NCBI GenBank assembly: GCA_964019425.1
Contig: OZ025781.1
Coordinates: 992,001 to 1,056,000 of the forward strand
Direction of reading: 5' to 3'
DNA: 64,000 nucleotides
Source of the DNA: Flectonema sp. DT1601
Lineage: Eukaryota
The notes below the pieces were generated by a model. It ran no database searches, was not told the DNA's origin, and saw only the letters and a program-made list of their open reading frames with translations. Position 1 is the first letter of the stretch, and the number at the start of each line of letters is the position of its first letter. Shown here in pieces: positions 55,725 to 64,000 of this stretch. A program made the position numbers and the translations under genes.

Positions 55725-58700
55725 TCACGACACGCAACACGCGCATTGACTGTTGGCATCTTTCGAAGCAAACTTAACGCCAGCAGAGTTTGGATTCTTT
55801 TTCACGGATGATTTGTTTCCAGATTTTTTTGTTCCATTCATGCCGTTATTATTCTGACTAACTTCAGCCTTGCGTAGCTCACGACGAAGGTCTTCAGCAC
55901 GAGCCTCATATGATGGATCGTGTTGAGATTCAGGCCAAAGACTTGATAGAGGAGTAGCATCAAGATTTCTACGAGTATAAAATAATAAATAAGCCTTTGA
56001 TGTTTGAATGTCTGACTCTTGTAGTGGGAGTAGTTGAGAATCGTTGAGGTGAAGCCAACGACCAGATTCTCTAACAAAACAATCATAATGACCCCAAGTT
56101 GTTCTCGCACCCTCATGATTAACTACTGCCGTTAGGTCATAAATAGTATCAGATCTCGATAGTTGTGGAGCATACTTCAATAAGTTATCGTCATCACCAA
56201 CTATTTCAGACATCACTTCTTTAAAGTCAAGTCCTGTTATGGGAAACTCAACTGGTGTTTGAACTTTTTGACCTCCATTCTCAGCACTCCAGGTAAACCT
56301 TTTCAACTGAATAACTAAGACTGGTGGTAATGCCCATGCTGCAACAGATTGACTGTGAATGGTTAGACCTTTGCATGGCTTACACTCAATTGGTGTTTCA
56401 AGTAAGGTGTTCTTCTCAAAGTATGTTGAGATACAGCTGCGTAATTGTAATTGTTGTTCACTAACACGATCTTCAGTACACTCTGATACAGTGCAATGAT
56501 CAATCGGTTGTAAAGTAATATAATCAGTTTCTAGTACAGCAGGATCCCAATCTATACCAATAGTGTCTCGGTGTTGGACGTTGTGAGCCTTTTGATCATT
56601 TTCAATTTTGCAGCCGATACATCCACGAAGCCAACCACAATCACTGCATGTCATTCCGTCAATCGTAACTCTAGTGAGAACAAATGGATAGTTTCCTTCT
56701 TTTATTTCATCTTTAGAGTATCCTCCAACTAGCTGGTTCATATGTTCCCAAACTGCTTCATAAAGTTGTTTTCCCGTCCCTTCAGTTGTACATAACAGTG
56801 AAGGGTATCCGAGTAACTGTGGTTTCCAAGGTGCTGCGAATAGCTTATCCTCTCTACTTAGTCGTCGTTGAACCATCTGAGCGAGAATTTTAGTACCTTC
56901 GACTTGATGGTAGCCAGCGGCTTCGAATACGTGAATTCTTTCATCTCTCATTGCTGATACTTTCTGAGCTACGTTATCTTTAGCCTTCCAAATAGGAAGT
57001 TCAAAACAGGAACCACTCGGAGCTAACTCCATTGTTATCATGTTGCTTGCTATTATTGGATGTCCGATATCAATCTTTGATGCGACTTCCTGAACCAGTT
57101 GAATTGTTGTTGCCGATAGCGGTAGTTTTACTGTCAAGTTCAATACCCTGTCTGATAGCCTGTGAAATGCAACATTCACATAATGGTAATCAGTTGCTGG
57201 CAGAGCTAAACTCAGAGTTGGAACTACCGTTTCAATAGATCGAGACTGTCTTCGGCAGACTGTGCAGACTCTCGTTGTTTTATGTTGCCAAGCAAATAGT
57301 GCGGTAAAAAATGATTTTACCCATTTTGTGTGTAATCTCCAAGCTTCTTCTGCAAGTACCTGGTCACTTTTTTTTGCTGTTTCTGCGGAGTCCCTACGTT
57401 CTCTCCTCTCACTGGGTTGGCCAGCAATATTTAAATCGTCATTAAGTATTTCCAACAAGGCTAACAAGAAGTCCTGTTGTGGTTGTGTTGGTTGTTAATT
57501 CGAATCATCTAAACAGAGAACAGAAATAATAATAATAATAAAATGTCTAACACACATTAGCATCCTGCTGGTGATTAGTTGAGAATTCAGACCTGCAATT
57601 TCCAATAAGAGATCTGAAGTTACGTGGAGCCAGGTACTTTTTATCGCAGGTCCAGAGCTTTTCAAGCTGTTGTTATTATTGAGTTTTTTTATTTATTTTA
57701 TCAAAAAAATTGAAGACTAATAAAACAAATTGAAAATAGCAAATCATACCAACTCAGACAGTGACATGGTGATTTTACCACCGCTGGATGTGTCATGTTT
57801 TGCAGAGCGATTCAAATCAGAGAGAAACCTTCCCGACATGAGGTAATCTCGTATAGGTTTTGTGTGACTGAATACTTGAACTATAGAGTTCATGTAGCAG
57901 GTGTTTGTTAGGTTTTGCAGACCTACTCGTCCGAGAGAGACTGGATCTTCTTTACCTGATATTATTCTGAGTATCGATTTTTTTGGAATTGTTATCGCTG
58001 TACTATTATGATAAGGAAGCACCTTTACTGTTTGACGTTGAGCTGATAAAACTGTCGCTTTAACTTTTCGTGAAGTAGAATCCGACATATGGCATTCAAC
58101 ACGAATCCCACAGGTTAAATTTTCTAAATCAGCAGCTAGTAATGAAATCGTATCATTCGTATCTGACGGAATGACCGTATCAACTCCGCAGAGTTCAAGC
58201 AGCTTATGCAAATCTCCAACTAATTCCTGTGCCACATCACCACTAGCTATTAGCTTAACGACATAAGTTGAATTAAATTTAATAATATGAGTTCCTGAGT
58301 TAGTCCTAAGAATATCAGCGCTATTTACGATGGTTGAAACACCGTCGACTCTGAGAAGGGCTCCAGTTGGTAGGTTGATAGTCAGGGAACACTTGCCATC
58401 AGTACTCTCGAATAATATAACTTTAACATCCTCAACTGGACAAATTATAAATTGATTCCCATCAGCGATGTCAGCTTCGAGTAAGGTTCTTGATAAATCA
58501 GTTATTCGTTGCCATCGAGTACTTCTACCCAAACCAGTAAGTGATTTTTCCCAAAGAACTGCATCTTTTTCATCTAATCCATAAAGAGTAGATGCCTCTC
58601 TGACTATCATATTTAGAGTATTCAACGCACTAAATGCCATCTCAGATGATGGAACAGACGACGACTCAAGCCGAGCAGTTGGTACATTTGAGTTATCGTT

Positions 58701-60398
58701 GAAAGGAGACCCTTGTAAGACTTTTATACATGGAGGGTGTAGCTCTAACTCACTGTGATCACATATCTCTATCACTGTTCGAGCTATCGCCGAGTGTGAT
58801 CCTCCATACCAACTGGCGATAGCTTTCCATGCTGAAGGACTGATTACTTCAAAAGCATTTGCTCCTTCAGAATTTGTTGCTTTTTGTGGAGATGTTAGTT
58901 CAGAATCTAAAAGACCAGCCCAATTAATATTCCTATGAAGATAACCATAACCATCTAAGAGACGTTGACTTGTTAATTGTGGTAATGTTCTAGTTCCAAC
59001 CCAAGTTTCAGTACCTCTGTCTCCGTTTGGTGAGACAGCAGAGCGTGGTTCCAAAGAGACGATTGATTGCCTCCATTCACTCCACCATTTTTGATCAATC
59101 AAGTACCAAACAGTACCTGCTGGACCTGTGTAGTCAGTCGGATGATATTGAGGAGAATTGAGAAGTGATATTACTGATTCCTCTTCATCTCTGTCAGGAC
59201 GGATACGAAGATCTAACGAAACGACAGTCCATAAGACGGATAAAAACTCAGCAGCAATCGGCTCACGTACTGACTTTGATACTTGACTTATACCAATCAT
59301 AGTACTGCAATCTGTGTGTTCAATTATCCTCGTAGCTTCTTCTGGAACTTCGACTTCAGTCTTCACACCGTTAGCTTCGTTTATTAGTCTTTGTGGAGTT
59401 AGTAATACATTTATCATTTCCTCAAACTCTTTTTGATCCAGTTCGAATCCTGCCTCATCCAATTTTTTTTCTGATTTAATTTTACCAAACATTTTCAAAC
59501 AGAATAATAGCTTCTCGTGTTGGGTTCCTTCAGAACAGAGAGCGACTGCGTTAAGAAGTTCAGTGCGAGAGAGAGAACCAGTTTGGGAAGTATCGACAGC
59601 GTGGAATAGTCTTTCCTTGATGTCTGAAGAGATAGAAGGGAGAGAGTCGCAGAAGGCTTTCTTATCAAGAAGTCCATTAGTTGAGCTTGATTGCATTCCA
59701 TTAAATGATTCTGTGAGATCAGATACTTTACTGTCAGAGAGTCCTGTTTGAAGAACAAGAGATCCTTGAGTTGGGAAATATGAATCAGTCAGAAGGTCAT
59801 GATGATGTGATCGAATTCCTTTTCTTTGAAGTAAATCTTCAAACTCATACACCCAAACAATAACATCGACGTTAGCATCAGCATTACCAACCTGCTTTGA
59901 AACCCATTCAGTAAACTGTGGAAATGTAAAATGAGTTTGCTTTGATGAATTACCAGAAGCAGACAACAATGTCTCCGCTCGTTTAATCTCCGCTTTGAGT
60001 TCTCTCGTTAGAACTGAGTCAGCAGCACTGATAGTGGCGTAGTGAAGGATATCTTCTTTACTAAGATGACCAGTTCGTGATCGATCATAAGCGTTGAATA
60101 TTAATCTCATGCGTTCCTCTGCAGTACCTAAACGAAGAATAGCTAATCCACATATAAATGAATCCAAATCAATAGCTCCAGTGTTGTGAGTATCGAATGC
60201 TCTGAATAGTGCCTTAGCTAACTCTTCAGGTACTTTAGGTAACACAGATCCCATAAACTTTTTTTTGAATGTTTCAAAAGCCATTCTCTCACTTCCACTA
60301 CCACCCGACGCAACGATTCTGGTGTAGTCATCAACGACTTCTGGAAGCATCTTACCAAGACGCTCCTGGGCGTCATCTGCTGAGATAATTCGCGTCAT
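55725..60398 (-). CDS. USP32: USP32-like deubiquitinase (EF-hands, DUSP, Ubl, USP catalytic domain, CAAX-like end; 3 exons)
   Basis: EF-hands; DUSP (WYLIDQKWWSEW); GLQNLTNTCYMNS; QQDA; LKRF; His box GHY; ends CCVS. In-frame introns 57667-57749 and 57474-57555. Confidence 0.88.
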
Positions 60399-60982
60399 CT
60401 TTTTGTTTTATATCATTAGAAAGTTGATAATAAGAGAGGGGGAAAGATCTGATAAAGGAATATAAAGTAAAAGCCAGTGCAGACAAACAACACGAAAGAT
60501 ACAACAACTGAACACTATCTGGTATTGATGTGTCATTGTGTAGTAGATTACACCTGTTTAGATACGAGACGTACCAACGTACTATAAGTAAGCATCACAG
60601 AGACAAATCACTTCCTGCTGCTGTACTTTAGGCAACAAATTAATTTTGAATTTGACTTCACATTCATGTCAAAACGCTCACCGACGACACAGAGAAGTCT
60701 GCCAGTGAGGATATAACAGCGAGAGAAATAAAAAACCAAAAAAAAAACGATAATATTGTTTGGAAAAGAACAAGACGGCGTAACCAGCTGATTTTACAGA
60801 ACAATCTGACAATGCGGACTTGTCCACCTGAAAAGGTGGACAAGGATGATTTAATTTCAAATAGACTACTCTGTCTCTCTATTGTATTCATGAGTCTCAA
60901 AGATTGGTATCTGACTAACGAACAGGTAGCTGAATGGGTAATCAGATTTACTTCAACAGACAGGTAAAGAATTTCTGATTTA

Positions 60983-61303
60983 TCATATTTTTGATTTTTG
61001 AAGAAATCCTTTAAAGAATTGCGCTGGTAAACTGTCCATCACACAAGGATGATGTTGTGTAAGAAACTGCTCCGTCGCATCACCTCCAGCGTTGTTGAAT
61101 ATCACATCATCTCCTCCAACGTGTTGGTTCATAAATTGAGAAACATCATAAACTTTACCTTCAACGATAATCCAGCAGTCATCACGTTTATTGTGAAGGG
61201 ATACTTCCGATTTAGTTATCTTCTTCTTACGTAGGGTCGATACAGCACCAGATCTTCCTTCAGAATTTGCCTCGTCAATCATAAATGCGTATGCATTTGA
61301 CAT
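60983..61303 (-). CDS. Soluble cytochrome b5-domain protein (106 aa)
   Basis: HNKRDDCWIIVEGKVYDVS, HVGG (HPGG variant), GDATEQF...H. No TM tail. Confidence 0.9.
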   Translation of the reverse strand: MSNAYAFMIDEANSEGRSGAVSTLRKKKITKSEVSLHNKRDDCWIIVEGKVYDVSQFMNQHVGGDDVIFNNAGGDATEQFLTQHHPCVMDSLPAQFFKGFLQKSKI

Positions 61304-61602
61304 TTTATTAATAATAGTTCTGTTTATGTGTTGTTATAAAGAGAGGAAGGTATTGACTCGTATCTCTCACGCATTCAATTCATTGCTACTGTTGTTTGAG
61401 AATACATTTATAGAAATATCTGTAAAAAGATTATTGCAATCAACAAAACAGATGTTTTGATCAGAATAAAGTAATGCTTTGGCCTTGAAAGATGTGTTTC
61501 GCTACGATAGAACACAATAAGAAGTACTCATTCAGTACAATTACAGGTACGAAAGTTGCATTGGGTTTTAACCACTACCAGAAAACGTTAGAACGCTACC
61601 TC

Positions 61603-62423
61603 TCACTCATCATAGTCGCCCTTGGGTTTCCTTTTCAGGTATTCATCATTCTCATACCATTCCTCATAAAAAGTAAATCTAAACATCCGAGGTTTAGGAC
61701 CCTCATCTGGAGGCTCACCATCCAATAGTATATCAGGACTGTTGAAAGGTGGGTAACCAGAGCCGTTTATAAGCAATCCTTGTCCGTAATCTGTACCAAA
61801 CCAAAAATTAAAACCTGGAATATAATAAAAGGGATGAAATCTATCTTTCATATCTTCAATGTTCACACCAGCTTCAGGATCAAGCTGTTTTATGATTATT
61901 ATTTTGTTTGATTCGAAAAAAAAAAATATTAAAAAAAAAAAAAAAAAAAAGAAAGAAAGAATAAGGTACGTACCGTAAAATAATATGCCACGGAAAGACC
62001 AAATAAAATAGATAAGCTGTTTGATACTCCACGAGCAGCTCTTGATCGGAAAGTTCGATGTCGTTTCGGTGCTCGAATATCCTGCATTAGACCTTGCCAA
62101 CGATGGTCTTTGTTGATAGGAGAGAGTAACGAACTTCCATAAATACCGTACTCGACAGTTCTACGAGCGAGTTCTGCTTTAGGTAATTGGTCTCTCAAAG
62201 TCTTTCTTCGAGAGCTTCGTTCCGGAACGAAGACTTCCCTCATGTGCTTTTGATACATGTCATACTTTTCAGTAATATGCGCATGTGCTGTTTCTGGATT
62301 TACAGTAAGTGGTGGTTTCGTAGTTGGAATCGCTTCGGTTATCTCTTTTGAACTTTCATTGCAGTACCTTCTCTGCGTTCGAATACCCACCGCGGTGATT
62401 CGTGAGATGACCCCGCTTCTCAT
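61603..62423 (-). CDS. Hypothetical single-TM protein with mitochondrial-type presequence (2 exons)
   Basis: Intron 61885-61973 joins ORFs 61929..62423 and 61603..62100 in frame. N-terminus MRSGVISRITAVGIRTQRRYC. Confidence 0.7.
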
Positions 62424-63085
62424 ATTTTGAAACCTGCTTTAGGAATTTAAAACTTAAATTATTAAACAAGACCTAAATCGTAAAAATTATTTTTTGCCCT
62501 GAACTGAAAATCAAGCATCAATCTAACAAGTAGCCAAAGTCTGACTAAATAGAGGCCACGTTTTAGTTGACAAGAGATCATAAAATAACAAATCAGGCTC
62601 AAGAGAGATAAGAAGAATATCAGCAAAAACAGCAGCTGTAAAGTCCGAATGATTGCTTTTAAAGAGGAACGATTTTTTTTTTTTTTTTCTTTCTTCAAAA
62701 CACAACTAAAATAATAAACGAGAGTCCCATTGCGAGATCCTCATCAACGTGACTGGCGGGTTTTTTCTTTTTTTTTTCCCGAACGAACGTTAACAGTAAG
62801 TTTTATCACGTTTAAAATCTTAAGAACGAATAATGAAAATGAAAACATCATCAGCAGCGATAAGGACAAGAAGAATATCAGCAAACAGTAGCTGTAAAGA
62901 CTGCTATTTGTGATGAGGACACGGTCTCTTTTTTCTAAACACAACTAAAATTAAGAAAGTAGCTACCCATACTTCCTGATAACAAGAGTACGAACAACAC
63001 CATTCACACAGTACGCAGACTACTTATTCTTAAAACAGATTAGAGAGCTCCCGAATGCCAATTTTCTTGGCACAACAGATAGTCT

Positions 63086-64000
63086 TCACGAAGGCGCATC
63101 TAAGTTAGAAAGTATTTTCTGACAAGTACTTCCCATTGACGGATGATGTCGGGATGCAAATTCAACAAACGCGATTCCCTTGTTATGTCGAATAAGACGA
63201 GCAGCAGAGAAGTGAGATGACAAGTTAGCTAACGCAGTGAGCCCAGGAGATACAATTACTGAAGATACCTTCAATTCCCACAAAGCATCAATAATGTATT
63301 GCACGGCGTTGTAATCACTGCAAAGTTGTTTATTGACTTCAGACTCCGATAGAACTGATAACAATATTAAGAGCTGCTTGTGAAGTTCAAAACAGGGTCG
63401 TTTGTTTTCCGAATTCGTCAGATTTTGTTTCCCAACCAAAACAATAACAGGGATACAGCTTCCTAACTTGTCAACGTTGCAAACTGCAGCGAGGCTGTTT
63501 TTTTTTTTTTTTTCTTCTTCTTCTTTTGATAACTCTACCACGAAAACTCAATAACAAAGTAACAGAAAGAGAGAGACATACCTGACTAAAACTTTTGTAG
63601 TATCAGTGATGGTTGGAAACAGTCGGAGAGAACGTGCGATACCCTCGAGAAATTTGAGCTCCAGAAGCTCACACATTGCTGAAGGGATGACAGATATTTG
63701 GAGTATCAACTCCATTACTTTTATATGAACAGATTGTTGTGTATTACGACGAAGAACTTCTTTAATAGAGGAATACCCTCCATAATCTGATATTATTGAT
63801 GGGTCAGGTGTGAGGAGGAGTGCGAGTGCTGCAAGACAGGTTTCCGCTACTTCTGATGAGGATGGATAATATCGAAGAGCAGCGAATAGACTTGTGACAC
63901 ATCCAACAGCTATCAAGTCAGGTACTCTACTCTCGTCTTTTGCAAGTTCCCAAATTAACTTTGAGCTGGTTGTAAATACAAATTCTGTTACGCTATCTGT
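63086..64000 (-). CDS. Armadillo/HEAT-repeat protein, 3' part (5' end beyond window)
   Basis: ARM-like helices (VAETCLAALALL, GLTALANLS). In-frame intron 63495-63581. Confidence 0.7.

Overview
AT-rich eukaryotic (protist) nuclear DNA. Every credible gene and both retroelements lie on the minus strand. Together with short GT-AG introns, amastin-like genes, Ubl-repeat fusion genes and an ingi/I-type LINE, this suggests a euglenozoan, most plausibly a diplonemid (inference, not proven). Gene-dense flanks carry: Ubl-DUF4116-like, a tail-anchored MAPKKK, CCDC47, Ubl-ankyrin, PPR, a Cys-rich surface protein, TPR-IQ, two amastin-like genes, DDX10/DBP4, MFSD5, Rab14, USP32-like, cytochrome b5 and an ARM protein. 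A rearranged region (~12.7-36 kb) holds three GT61-like glycosyltransferase paralogues, pseudogene debris and nested retroelements. Main findings: (1) Three hammerhead ribozyme candidates from two sequence families have the cleavage strand inside loop II (non-circular A-C-B order); all are tied to Penelope-like (PLE) insertions with long target duplications. (2) The PLE reverse transcriptase runs, across one frameshift, into a Josephin-like protease domain. (3) All 11 reconstructed cis-introns end in A-rich rather than pyrimidine-rich acceptors. All calls come from reading the sequence by eye; no searches or folding programs were run.
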